Positions 18,226 to 27,852 of a DNA stretch of 64,000 nt are shown one piece after another. A model generated the notes under the pieces. The model worked only from the letters and a program-made list of their open reading frames with translations, was not told the DNA's origin and did no database searches. The DNA is from Candidatus Bathyarchaeota archaeon (GTDB lineage Archaea; Thermoproteota; Bathyarchaeia; TCS64). The stretch spans positions 41,930-105,929 of the forward strand of contig JADHWN010000001.1 in assembly GCA_016783455.1 (NCBI GenBank). The letters are read 5' to 3'. How positions within the stretch are numbered: the first letter of the stretch is position 1; each line of letters begins with the position of its first letter. The position numbers were made by a program, and so were the translations under genes.

Positions 18226-19554
18226 CTATCCTGCCTCCTTGTCTGAGACCTCCAATGCCTTGTCCAGCACCTCGATGCCCTCGTCTATCTCCTTCTCCGT
18301 GGCGATGAGTGGTGGCGCGACGATCAGCGTGTTGATTATGTTGACGACGTAGACCCCCATCTCCATCGCCGCCGCGCTGACCCTCTTCAGCGTGTTGGGC
18401 TCGAACTTCTGCTTCCGGGTCACGAAGGGCTCCTTCGTCTCCCTGTCCCTGACGAGCTCGATCCCCCAGAAAAGACCCTTCCCCCTGACGTCGCCCACTG
18501 ATTTATGAGATTCAGCGAGTCCCCTCAGGCGCTTCTCCAGAACCTTCCCCATCCTCGCGGCGTTCTCCACCAAACCTTTGTCCTCATACTCCTGAATGGC
18601 CGCCAGGGCCGCCGCGCATCCCAGGGGGTGCATGGCATATGTCTGGCCGTGGCTGAAGAGGTTGCCGGGCTGGTCGAAGTGGTCGGCTATCTCCTGGCTG
18701 GTTATGGTGGCTCCCACGGGGAAGAGGGCGCCCGTTATTCCCTTGGCCATGGACATGATGTCGGGTTCTACGCCCCAGTGCTCGATGCAGAACATCCTGC
18801 CGGTCCTCCCGAAGCCGGCCATGACCTCGTCGTCGATGAGGAGCACCCCGTGGTCGTCGCAGATCTCCCTGAGCCTGGGGACGTAGGGATCTGGGGGCAC
18901 CAGGATGCCGTTGGAGCCCACTATGGGCTCGACGACGACGCCTGCGACGGTGCCCGGTCCCTCCATCCTGATGATCTCGTCGACGTACTCGGCGCAGGTC
19001 ACTCCGCAGCCCGGGTACTCCTTCCCGAAGGGGCACCTGTAGCAGTAGCAGTCGGGGGCCCTGACGACGCCGGGCATGCCGATGGCGTGCTGGGTCCTGG
19101 GGTCCCCGGTGAGGGCGATGGCCCCCGAGGAGGCCCCGTGGTAGGACCTGTACCTTGAGATGAGCTTGGTCTTCCCGGTGTAGAGGCGGGCGATCTTGAT
19201 GGCAGCCTCGTTGGCCTCGGCGCCCCCGTTGGTGAGGAAGCTCTTGGTGAGGCCCTCAGGGGTTATCTCGGCGAGCTTCTGGCCCAGGAGGGCGGCGGGG
19301 ACCGTCGCGAAGCCTGGTGCGGCGTAGCAGAGCTTCTCCGCCTGCTCGGCTATGGCGTCGATGACCGCCTGGCTGCGGTGGCCTATGTTGCTGCACATGA
19401 GCTGGGATGAGAGGTCCAGGTAGCGCTTCCCCGAGAGGGAGGTGAAGTGACATCCGTCTGCCCTGTCGACGACGACGGGGTTCCAGGTGTTCTCGTACCT
19501 CCAGGTCCCGTAGACGTACTTCTTCTCCAGCTCCCTGTAGTACTCCTCGCTCAT
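18226..19554 (-). CDS. Class-III (omega-type) PLP aminotransferase.
   Basis: 442 aa. LLIDDEVMAGFGRTGRMF (D-E-V-x-G-F-G-R-T-G) plus MSMAKGITGA, which carries the PLP lysine. Confidence 0.8.
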   Translation of the reverse strand: MSEEYYRELEKKYVYGTWRYENTWNPVVVDRADGCHFTSLSGKRYLDLSSQLMCSNIGHRSQAVIDAIAEQAEKLCYAAPGFATVPAALLGQKLAEITPEGLTKSFLTNGGAEANEAAIKIARLYTGKTKLISRYRSYHGASSGAIALTGDPRTQHAIGMPGVVRAPDCYCYRCPFGKEYPGCGVTCAEYVDEIIRMEGPGTVAGVVVEPIVGSNGILVPPDPYVPRLREICDDHGVLLIDDEVMAGFGRTGRMFCIEHWGVEPDIMSMAKGITGALFPVGATITSQEIADHFDQPGNLFSHGQTYAMHPLGCAAALAAIQEYEDKGLVENAARMGKVLEKRLRGLAESHKSVGDVRGKGLFWGIELVRDRETKEPFVTRKQKFEPNTLKRVSAAAMEMGVYVVNIINTLIVAPPLIATEKEIDEGIEVLDKALEVSDKEAG

Positions 19555-19605
19555 GGTTCCCCCTTGGCCCTCATGGAATATAATATTTAGTTAACAATCC
19601 ACCTA

Positions 19606-21222
19606 TTGGCTGGGTGGCATGGGGTGGAAGCGGATCTAGCGTTGACCGGGGGCAATGTGGTCACCATGGACGGGGAGGAGTCGATCGCCGAGGCGGTGGC
19701 CGTCAAGTACGGGAGGATCATCAGGGTCGGTGGCTCGTCCGATGTGGAGTCCCTTATCGGCGAGGGGACGAGGGTCATCGACCTCCGGGGCAGGACGGTG
19801 GTGCCGGGGTTCATCGACAGCCACTGCCACATGATGCGGACCGGCGCGGACAGGATGATCAACGTGGACCTCAGCGAGGAGGCCGGGGTCCACTCCATAG
19901 GGGACCTCGTGGAGAGGCTGAAGGAGATGGCCGACGAGACGCCAGAAGGAGAATGGGTGGTCGGCTACCAGGAGGACGACTCCAAGCTCGCCGAGAAGAG
20001 GCATCCGACCAGATGGGACCTGGACGAGGCTAGCACGGAACACCCCATCATCATCTCCACGGTGGGAGGCCACTTCTACGTCGCCAACAGCCTGGCCTTC
20101 GAGCGGGCGGGCGTATCCAAGGACACTCCCGACCCCGTGGGGGGCAAGTTCGACAGGGACCCCGAGACCGGTGAGCCCACCGGGAGCCTCCACGAGAAGG
20201 CCTTCGGTGTCATCAAGCCGGAGGGGCCTTCGGAGCCCACCAGGGAGCAGTCCTACGAGGGGGCCAAGAGGATACTCCAGGAGTGCGCTGAGAACGGGAT
20301 CACCTGTATCTACGATTCGGTGGGGCGCTCCTCGATCAGGGCAGCCCTGGACCTCAGGAACAGGGGGGAGCTTCCCGTCAGGGTGAGGATGGACGCAGTC
20401 ATCGGCCTCTTCCCCGACCTCAACAGGCTGGGCATCTACAGGGGGATGGGGGACGACTGGGTCAGGCTCTGCGGCCTCAAGTTCTTCTTCGATGGGGCCA
20501 TCAGCGCCAGGACGGCTGCGGTCACCGAGCCCTACCTCAACAAGCCCGGCTTCTACGGGGTGATGGCCACGACCCGGGAGATCGCCACCGAGACCATCAT
20601 GGAGGCCTACGCGGAGGGCTACAGGATCTCAGCCCACGCCAACGGGGACGCGGCCATCGCGATGTATCTGGACATCATGGAGGAGGCCCAGTCGCGGTAC
20701 CCCAGGGAGGACCCCCGGAACAGGGACATCCACTGCACCGTGGTCACCCCTGAGCTGGTGGAGCGCATACGAAGGCTGGGGATCCTCCCCACCATCTTCG
20801 GCCCCTACGTCTACTACCACGGGGACAAACTGATACCCGCCTTCGGCGAGGAGCGGCTGGAGCGGATGTTCGCTGCCAGGTGGTTCCTGGACGCCGGGGT
20901 CACCATCACCGCCCACAGCGACCACCCCTGTGCCCCGTATCCGCCCCTGATGGCCGTCCACGGACTCGTGAACAGGACCACCAAGGCGGGGAGGCCCATC
21001 GGAAGGAGCCAGAGGATCTCTGTCGTGGAGGCACTCAAGCTCTACACCACCAACGCGGCGTACCAGAGCTTCGACGAGGACAGGCTGGGCTCCATCGAGG
21101 TGGGGAAGCTGGCCGACATGGTGGTCCTGGGAGAGGACATACTCACGGTCCCCACGGAGAAGATAATCGACATCCCGATCGATATGACTATCGTCGACGG
21201 GAATATTGTCTACGAGCGGTGA
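19606..21222 (+). CDS. Amidohydrolase-3-family metal-dependent hydrolase.
   Basis: 538 aa. PGFIDSHCHMMRTG (metal-binding HxH) and the C-terminal ITAHSDHPCAPY are typical of amidohydrolase 3. Confidence 0.75.
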   Translation: MAGWHGVEADLALTGGNVVTMDGEESIAEAVAVKYGRIIRVGGSSDVESLIGEGTRVIDLRGRTVVPGFIDSHCHMMRTGADRMINVDLSEEAGVHSIGDLVERLKEMADETPEGEWVVGYQEDDSKLAEKRHPTRWDLDEASTEHPIIISTVGGHFYVANSLAFERAGVSKDTPDPVGGKFDRDPETGEPTGSLHEKAFGVIKPEGPSEPTREQSYEGAKRILQECAENGITCIYDSVGRSSIRAALDLRNRGELPVRVRMDAVIGLFPDLNRLGIYRGMGDDWVRLCGLKFFFDGAISARTAAVTEPYLNKPGFYGVMATTREIATETIMEAYAEGYRISAHANGDAAIAMYLDIMEEAQSRYPREDPRNRDIHCTVVTPELVERIRRLGILPTIFGPYVYYHGDKLIPAFGEERLERMFAARWFLDAGVTITAHSDHPCAPYPPLMAVHGLVNRTTKAGRPIGRSQRISVVEALKLYTTNAAYQSFDEDRLGSIEVGKLADMVVLGEDILTVPTEKIIDIPIDMTIVDGNIVYER

Positions 21223-21246
21223 GGCTTCCAGGATACCGCGTCGTCC

Positions 21247-22059
21247 CTAGGCTTTTGTCGCCTTGATGCTGTACATGAGGGGTAGGCCGTATCCGGGCAT
21301 GTCGTGGTAGCCATCCTCCCTCCTCTCCATGAAGGCCATCTGGGTGCCGTCGACGCTGTAGGGGTACTCCCCCATCTCGGTGACGGTGAGGCCTGCGGTG
21401 ATCAGGGCGTTCACCACCTCGCTCACGGGATGGGCCCAGTTGTAGGTCCCCCAGTTCTCCACCTTGGCGTCCTGATCGGCGTATGTATTTTCGGACTCAT
21501 AGTAGTCGGGCTCCTCCCCCTGCCAGTAGCTGTACTTGACCTTGAACTCGGAGGGATCCTCAAAGTCGAAGACCCACATGAAGGGGTGGAACTCGGCGAC
21601 GAAGAAGGTGCCCCCGGGCTTGAGGTATCGGGAGACGATTCGGGCCCACTCCCCCATGTCGGGGAGCCAGCAGAGGGCACCGTAGCTCGTGAAGACGATA
21701 TCGAACTCGGCGTCGAGGTTCTCCGGCAGGTCATAGACGTTGCAGCAGACAAACTCAGCGTCGACGCCTATCTTCTTCGCGATCTCCCGTGCAAGCTCGA
21801 TGCCCGTCTCGCTGAAGTCAACGCCAGTCACCTTAGCCCCGAGCCGGGCCCAGCTCAGTGTGTCGAGGCCGAAGTGGCACTGGAGGTGGAGGAGGCTCTT
21901 CCCGGAGACGTCGCCGAAGGCCTCCAGCTCGACGCTGTGGAGGCTGTTCTTCCCAGCGATGAATCCCTCTAGGTCGTACTCCTGGGAGGCGGCGTGGATC
22001 GCCACCAGCTCGTCCCACCTCTTCCTGTTTACATCGTAGTACTTCTCCACGGCGTTCAC
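21247..22059 (-). CDS. Class I SAM-dependent methyltransferase, paralog 1.
   Basis: 270 aa. SAM motif I LLHLQCHFGLD and motif post-I VTGVDFSE are present. Confidence 0.75.
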   Translation of the reverse strand: MNAVEKYYDVNRKRWDELVAIHAASQEYDLEGFIAGKNSLHSVELEAFGDVSGKSLLHLQCHFGLDTLSWARLGAKVTGVDFSETGIELAREIAKKIGVDAEFVCCNVYDLPENLDAEFDIVFTSYGALCWLPDMGEWARIVSRYLKPGGTFFVAEFHPFMWVFDFEDPSEFKVKYSYWQGEEPDYYESENTYADQDAKVENWGTYNWAHPVSEVVNALITAGLTVTEMGEYPYSVDGTQMAFMERREDGYHDMPGYGLPLMYSIKATKA

Positions 22060-22127
22060 CTATGCGCATCCCATCCTCGTGCCGATTATTTCAATATAAC
22101 TGCGAACGAAATGAATGGAAAGTTAGA

Positions 22128-23708
22128 TTAGTAAAGGAGGCCTTCGTCCTTCTTCTCGGCCTCGGCCTTCTCCCGGGCCTCCCTGAGGAGCCCGTAGATG
22201 TCGGGGGTGCGCCCTCCGTGGCGGGTCTCCCTCATGGCGGTGCGGATCATGACCGGGACGGGGACGAAGGGCCCCACCAACACGGCCTCCCCCTGCTCCA
22301 GGGCGGGGAGGTCCCCAAGGAGGTCCTCGCTGAAGGACTCCGAGGCGGCCTGGATCGTCCTCTGGTCCTGGCTGTTCACGATGCGGAGGATGGCGAGGTT
22401 GCTGCAGTTCGCCAAGATGTCCGGGTCTAAGCGGCGGGGCCTCTGGCTGATGACCGTGAGGAAGACGCCGAACTTAGCGCCCTCGGCGGCGATCCTCGCC
22501 AGGATGTCCCTGCTGAACTTTCCGCCTCCCTCGTCGGGTGGAGACGCGAATCGGTGGGCCTCCTCGACGAAGACGAATATGGGTGGTCTTGCCCAGGGCT
22601 CCTTGCGGAACTTGGCGTTCCAGATGCGGCGGAGGAGCATGCCGACGACGACGTCCTGGACGTAGTCGGTCATGCCGCTGAGGAAGATGTCGGACATGTG
22701 CTGGGGCTGGAAGAACCTGCGGACGTCGACGTCGCCCTCGGTGAAGATACCGCGGCGTCCCAGGTCCTCGAGGCGCATGATGACCCGTGAGATGCGCTCC
22801 TTGCCCTCCGCCTTCTGGGCCTCCATCTCCGCCTCAAGGTTGTCGATGATGTCCTCCAGCGTGTACTTGGGATTCTCCGCCCTCGCCTTCCGCACGGCGC
22901 GGCGGAGGAGGATAGTCTGGAGGCTGCCGGTGATCCTGGCGAGGGCGAGGAGCTCGGGGAGGCTGCAGCCTGAGACGCTGAGGCGGAGGGGGACGACGTG
23001 GGGGGCCTCGTACGCCTCGGCGGACTCGGGGCGGTAGACCGTGACCTTGTCGTGGAACTCGTCGCTGAGACGGCCCTCCGGGTCCTGGGTCATGTTGGCG
23101 TAGTCGCCGTGGGCGTCGATGACGAGGACCGTGGCCCCCTGCCTCAGGAGCTCCTCGATGATTCGGCCGGCGAACCAGCTCTTGCCGTAGCGGGTCATGG
23201 CGAGGATGGCGGTGTGCCTGTGGAGCTCCCTGCCGCTGAGGGGGATCTTCACCGACTCCCTGTGGAGGAGGTGGCCCACGTCTAGGGGGAGGTCCCGCTC
23301 CTGTAGGGTGAATAGCTCCTTGAGGAGAGCGTCGGTGGCCCTCTTCACGGGGGTTCCGGGCATCGGGGGGGTGCGGGGTCTCCGGACGTCGCGCCTCCCG
23401 TGCTCCTCGTGGATGTAGCCCAGGATCTTGACCGAGGCGATCACCTGGAGCATCTCGTCTCCGAGGCCGATCTCCCTCTGCTTCCAGACCGCCCCGGGGG
23501 TGGTGCGCTGGTCGTAGAAGGGGTGGCGGCTGTAGAGGCTCTTCACCTGGCCCAGGACGTCCACCTTCCTAGCGGTGCCGTCCGGGAGCTGCTCCTCGAG
23601 CTCTATCTGGACGTACTCGTAGCTCCGGGGCTTGGCGTCGGGGCTGGCGATGTTGAACTCGAAGAAGTTGGGGTTCGCTTGGCCGATTATCACTCCGTAC
23701 TCAGTCAT
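22128..23708 (-). CDS. herA: HerA-family FtsK-like ATPase/helicase.
   Basis: Start at MTEYGVIIG, about 526 aa. HAS-barrel-like N-terminus. Walker A AILAMTRYGKSWF. DEAH-like Walker B PIFVFVEEAHRF. The ATG overlaps the nurA stop (ATGA). The track ORF extends spuriously upstream in the same frame. Confidence 0.75.
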   Translation of the reverse strand: MTEYGVIIGQANPNFFEFNIASPDAKPRSYEYVQIELEEQLPDGTARKVDVLGQVKSLYSRHPFYDQRTTPGAVWKQREIGLGDEMLQVIASVKILGYIHEEHGRRDVRRPRTPPMPGTPVKRATDALLKELFTLQERDLPLDVGHLLHRESVKIPLSGRELHRHTAILAMTRYGKSWFAGRIIEELLRQGATVLVIDAHGDYANMTQDPEGRLSDEFHDKVTVYRPESAEAYEAPHVVPLRLSVSGCSLPELLALARITGSLQTILLRRAVRKARAENPKYTLEDIIDNLEAEMEAQKAEGKERISRVIMRLEDLGRRGIFTEGDVDVRRFFQPQHMSDIFLSGMTDYVQDVVVGMLLRRIWNAKFRKEPWARPPIFVFVEEAHRFASPPDEGGGKFSRDILARIAAEGAKFGVFLTVISQRPRRLDPDILANCSNLAILRIVNSQDQRTIQAASESFSEDLLGDLPALEQGEAVLVGPFVPVPVMIRTAMRETRHGGRTPDIYGLLREAREKAEAEKKDEGLLY

Positions 23709-24997
23709 CAGTCTATCTCCCTCAGGGAACGTCGGGTGCCCCGTATGTCGAGTCCCGCCTCCTCGAGGCGTCGGACGATGAAGGGCTCGTACCTGCTCGT
23801 GTAGAGGTTCCTGTCGAAGCGGGCGAGGGTGTCCGTCTGCTTCAGGGGGAGGTTGTACTCGACGTCGTTGCAGTACCAGTGGAGGAGGTGGTTCAAGACC
23901 TTTTCGAGGGGCCCCGCCTCCCCCTCGTGGAACCTGTTCCCCGCCTGGTTGATCCAGGGCTCGTGGTGGCCGAGGCTGTGGGCGGCGAGGTCGACCCTGA
24001 AAGGGCGGGCGTCCGAAGTGGGCTTCCAGTAGGTGGTGGCTACCCCAGGGCACTGGAAGAAGGTGCTTATGGAGGTGATGATGGACTCTGCGGTCTCCGC
24101 TGGGAGAGTCCTCCGTATACGCGTGTAGAGGGCTGGGGCGTTCTCCCGCCCGTAGTAGATGGAGGGGGCGAGGAGCAGGGGCCGGGTGTACCCCTCGGCG
24201 GGGGCGCACACGTCGACGAGGTGGGTGTCGCAGAGGGGGCGGGCGTCGAGGAAGGGCTTCAGTGCCTCCCGGTCCGCTGCGTCCCAGGCCTCCATGCGGA
24301 TGCCGAGGTCGAGGGGGGTAGGCGCGTCCTTTAGGAGGGTGGCGGTCCTGCTCAGCCCGGCGTCACGTAGGGCCCTCCTGAGGAGGTGCATGTGGAGGTA
24401 GAAGACGGTGGAGTCCTTGGAGACGGCGGCGAGTGGGAAGCCGTTGTCGTACGCCAGCCGGCGGAGGTCGGCGAGGCTCGTGAAGAAGTCCCGGAGGAGC
24501 ACGGGGTGGTGGCGGTACTCGCGGATGGCGTAGGGGAACCGGGCGATGTAGAGGCTGCCGTCCAGGAGGACCAGGGGCCTCAAGCCCGCGTCGAGGGCCT
24601 TCCGGGCCGCCTGAGCTGCCGCGTCGTACTCGGCGATGATGCGGGCGTATCCCGGGATGAACCCCCTGTCCCGGTTGTCGTATGTGTCCTGGACGTTGAT
24701 CTTGACAGTCTTGGTGAGAGTAGGCTGCTGCCCGGGAGTGTGGGTGATGGCGAGGGCCCGGGCGACGGCGATGAATCCTCCGTAGGCGTACCGGGACTGC
24801 TGGACGCCCCCGTCGACGGAGATGAGGGCGTGAGGGCGGTCGTCGGTGTCGGCTTCGTGGGGCGTCCAGTGCTTCAGGAGGGTGTCTGAGAGGGCGGGGG
24901 GCGTCCCGGGCTCCTCCTGGTCGGCCTGGAGGTCCTTTGTGACTCGTTCCAGCTCGTCGTAGAACTCGTCGAAGAATAGGTCTCGTACTTGGGACAT
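23708..24997 (-). CDS. nurA: NurA-family 5'-3' nuclease.
   Basis: Start at MSQVRDLFFDEF, about 429 aa. The NurA catalytic block ALISVDGG is present. It sits immediately upstream of herA and is translationally coupled to it. Confidence 0.65.
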   Translation of the reverse strand: MSQVRDLFFDEFYDELERVTKDLQADQEEPGTPPALSDTLLKHWTPHEADTDDRPHALISVDGGVQQSRYAYGGFIAVARALAITHTPGQQPTLTKTVKINVQDTYDNRDRGFIPGYARIIAEYDAAAQAARKALDAGLRPLVLLDGSLYIARFPYAIREYRHHPVLLRDFFTSLADLRRLAYDNGFPLAAVSKDSTVFYLHMHLLRRALRDAGLSRTATLLKDAPTPLDLGIRMEAWDAADREALKPFLDARPLCDTHLVDVCAPAEGYTRPLLLAPSIYYGRENAPALYTRIRRTLPAETAESIITSISTFFQCPGVATTYWKPTSDARPFRVDLAAHSLGHHEPWINQAGNRFHEGEAGPLEKVLNHLLHWYCNDVEYNLPLKQTDTLARFDRNLYTSRYEPFIVRRLEEAGLDIRGTRRSLREID

Positions 24998-25148
24998 TCC
25001 GTGTCGTCTGAAGATTGTGTGTCTAGGCTTAAATCTTTGAGAGGTGGATGAAAGTGCTCCGAGGGGGTGGTTCGTGCATAACCGGAGGTCAACCGGTTGT
25101 TCATCGCACGTGAATAGAAATATTAGCGTTAACGCCGTAGGGCATATC

Positions 25149-26513
25149 ATGGTTGATTTTTCGGAGATACTTGAGAAGGTACCCGACTGGAAGGCGTACC
25201 ACACCATCGATGAGCTGCATGAGAGCTCGGCGAGGCTCGCGAACGAGTACCCCGACCAGGTGGAGCTCATGGTCCTGGGGAGGTCCGCCCAGGGCGAGGA
25301 CATCGACTGCCTGAAGATAGGTGAAGGCAGGTACAACGCGTTGATCCACGGGTTCCCCAACTGCGAGGAGCCCTTCGGCGGGAACCTCCTGGACTACCTC
25401 TCCTGGGCCCTGGTGGAGCATCCCGAGGTCACGGAGAAGCTCGACTACACCTGGTACCTCATCAAGTGCAGCGACCCCGACGGTGCGAGGCGGAACGAGG
25501 GCTTCCACGGGGGCCCCCACACACCCATGAACTTCACAATGAACTACTACAGGACCCCAAACAAGGGGACCCCCGATAGCTGCTTCCCCTTCAGGTTCGG
25601 GCCCATGGACATGGACTCTCCTGTGCCGGAGACACGGGCCCTGATGGAGGTGATGGACAGGGTGCCCATGACCTTCGTGAGCAGCCTCCACATGATGAAG
25701 TGGGGCGGGATAACCTACGAGGTGCCTCATCCCTGCCCTGAGCTCTACGCCCCCCTCTGGAACGTGGCGAAGCAGTTCCACGTCTTCCCCAGGAAGCGGC
25801 TGGGGACCACTCTGGCTCCTGGGATACAGCAGGCAGCGTACCTGGCCCCCTCCCGGGGGTGGATAAGGCAGTGGGCCGCGGGGAACACCAACATCGAGCC
25901 ACTGCCCGGGTGCAACCTCTACGAGTACGGGCAGATGCTGAACCCCGACATGTTCATCATGATCCCCGAGTGCTGCATCTGGTACGACCCCCGGATGTGG
26001 GACGACTCCCCCAGCGAGACCACCCTTGGCTACTCCCTGGAGTACGCCCACGAGAGGTCGACTGAGGTGAGCAACTTCAGCCTCGACGTCTGGAACAGAG
26101 CCCTCCCCGACCTGAAGGTGGAGTCGCCGTACAAGGACATGATGGACGACTGGATGGAGCCCATCATCAAGAAGTACACCAACGTCAGCAACCCCCCCTT
26201 CACATTCGACCCCGAGGTCCACGCCAGGAAGGCCACCGTCGCCGAGAAGATCGGAGTCGAGGGCCGGGACGACCTCTACAGGATGTTCTACCTGGGAGGG
26301 ATGATACGGACCATCGACGCGGAGCTGGAGGCCGACGGTAGCGAGAGGCTCACCGGGCTCCGAGGCGAGGTGATGGCGAAGATCCAGGAGTACGACGAGT
26401 TCCTCCACGCCAACTACGACATCGTAGCCCACCCCCTCAGGAACCTGGTGGGGATGAGCCTGGGCTCACTGCTCCACAGCGCCCTCTACGCCAAGACCAG
26501 GCAGACCAAATAG
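25149..26513 (+). CDS. M14 metallocarboxypeptidase-like protein with an atypical zinc site.
   Basis: Start at MVDFSEIL. The N-terminal YHTIDELHESSARLANEYPDQVELMVLGRSAQGEDIDCLKIG matches the canonical carboxypeptidase-A domain opening. An SDPDG motif stands in for NPDG. The HxxE zinc motif is not canonical (HGFPNCEE). Confidence 0.5.
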   Translation: MVDFSEILEKVPDWKAYHTIDELHESSARLANEYPDQVELMVLGRSAQGEDIDCLKIGEGRYNALIHGFPNCEEPFGGNLLDYLSWALVEHPEVTEKLDYTWYLIKCSDPDGARRNEGFHGGPHTPMNFTMNYYRTPNKGTPDSCFPFRFGPMDMDSPVPETRALMEVMDRVPMTFVSSLHMMKWGGITYEVPHPCPELYAPLWNVAKQFHVFPRKRLGTTLAPGIQQAAYLAPSRGWIRQWAAGNTNIEPLPGCNLYEYGQMLNPDMFIMIPECCIWYDPRMWDDSPSETTLGYSLEYAHERSTEVSNFSLDVWNRALPDLKVESPYKDMMDDWMEPIIKKYTNVSNPPFTFDPEVHARKATVAEKIGVEGRDDLYRMFYLGGMIRTIDAELEADGSERLTGLRGEVMAKIQEYDEFLHANYDIVAHPLRNLVGMSLGSLLHSALYAKTRQTK

Positions 26514-26518
26514 AATCT

Positions 26519-26550
26519 CGGGGGGGTCTCCTCCCCCACACGTTTTTTCT
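26519..26550 (+). terminator. GC hairpin plus T-run terminator candidate between convergent genes.
   Basis: gggggggtctcctccccc forms a stem and is followed by cacacgttttttc, directly after the TAG stop at 26511-26513. Confidence 0.45.
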
Positions 26551-27430
26551 AGGGAGTTTCGCCCATCCGGTGTAGGTCGGCCTCTGCGATTATGTATCCG
26601 AAGCCTGACCAGGCGTCGGTGGAGACCACCTCCTTGAGGAGCTCCACGTACCTCTCCTCCTGGCCGTTGAACCTGAACCAGTTGGCGATGCCGTTCCCCG
26701 AGGCGGTGACCCCGAGGCTGCTCTCCTCCCGGGCCGCACTGAGGATCGCCTCGGCGTCCATCTCCCCCTTGTGGGCGAGGAGGCAGTGGTGGTAGTTGGC
26801 GCTGACGTGTATCTCCATGTCCGCCGTGATGGTCTCCAGAAGCGCGGACGCCTCCCCCTCCTCCCCCAGGCGCCTCAGGATCATGTAGAGCCAGTAGGCC
26901 CCCATAATCGTGTGGTCGTCATTCCTCGCCACCTCGATGAGCCTCCTGAAGGAGCCCGCGGCCTCGTCGAGCTCCCCCTTGGCGTAGTAGGCCAGCCCCA
27001 TGTGGTAGTAGGTGTTGGTGTGGAGGGAGTAGATCTCCAGGTGCTCGCTGCCCGGGAGCCCGCTGTACTCGACTTCATCAGGTTTCCCTGTCATGTGCTT
27101 GACCGCGAGGCGGGAGTCCTCGATGGCGTGGTCGAAGAGACGGAGGGTGAGAAACCTGTGGGCCCTGTGCCTGTAAAGCCACGGGTCCTCCGAAGCCCTC
27201 TCCAGCCCCATGGTGAATATGGCGACTGCCCTGCGGTACTGACCCATGTACGCGTACTGGCGTCCCAGATGGATGATCCTCTCTACGTCCTCGGGGTCCT
27301 CTCTCCAGTCCTTCAGCGCCTGATCTAGCTTCTCCTGCTGCTTCTTCGCGAGGTCGGGGCGGTAGGGTACGTGGTACAGGGGTCTCCTGAACAGAGTGAA
27401 GGCCTCTGGTACGCCTGGAAGCTCAACCAA
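26549..27430 (-). CDS. TPR-repeat protein.
   Basis: 293 aa. Repeated W/Y-x-x-G-x-x-Y-A-x-x-G-style helical hairpins are visible, for example YYHMGLAYYAKGELDEAAGSFRRLIE. Confidence 0.55.
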   Translation of the reverse strand: MVELPGVPEAFTLFRRPLYHVPYRPDLAKKQQEKLDQALKDWREDPEDVERIIHLGRQYAYMGQYRRAVAIFTMGLERASEDPWLYRHRAHRFLTLRLFDHAIEDSRLAVKHMTGKPDEVEYSGLPGSEHLEIYSLHTNTYYHMGLAYYAKGELDEAAGSFRRLIEVARNDDHTIMGAYWLYMILRRLGEEGEASALLETITADMEIHVSANYHHCLLAHKGEMDAEAILSAAREESSLGVTASGNGIANWFRFNGQEERYVELLKEVVSTDAWSGFGYIIAEADLHRMGETP

Positions 27431-27591
27431 TTAAGATCAGAGGTAATGTGGTGACCATTCGTAGTTAACGTTTCTTTTTACTATGGTGTGCGGGTGCGTG
27501 TGGGATTTGAGACACCTAGATATGATACAGGTTGAGAAGACCTTCGACCTGCGCGCGCCTCGGTCAGTACAACACCCGTTGTATGTGTTCG

Positions 27592-27852
27592 CTACTCCTC
27601 AAGCAGTCTGTTGATCCGGTCGACGCTCTCTTCAATGGACGACAGCCTCTTGGTGAAGTCAGTCAGGTCTTCTGAGAGCTTGTCGATTGACTCCCCCTCC
27701 GGCCTCTGCTTTACGATGTGCGCCGTCATCATGAGCGCGGCGAAGACCAGCCAGAGCGAAGCCCCGGCCAGGTATTCTGTGTAGTTGAATATGCCTATGA
27801 TCCCTGCCATCCCGACCCAGACCCCTACGATTGCGGTTCCTCTATAATCCAT
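27592..27852 (-). CDS. Small membrane protein, hypothetical.
   Basis: 86 aa with two hydrophobic helices and an acidic coiled tail. It overlaps the ArsR stop by 11 nt. Confidence 0.35.
   Translation of the reverse strand: MDYRGTAIVGVWVGMAGIIGIFNYTEYLAGASLWLVFAALMMTAHIVKQRPEGESIDKLSEDLTDFTKRLSSIEESVDRINRLLEE

Noticed and set aside
22128-24209. The track ORF for herA extends 167 codons upstream of MTEYG, overlapping nurA in another frame.
   Set aside because: The upstream extension is Pro/Arg/His-rich junk read through the nurA 3' end. The conserved HerA N-terminus and the ATGA coupling with the nurA stop place the true start at 23708.
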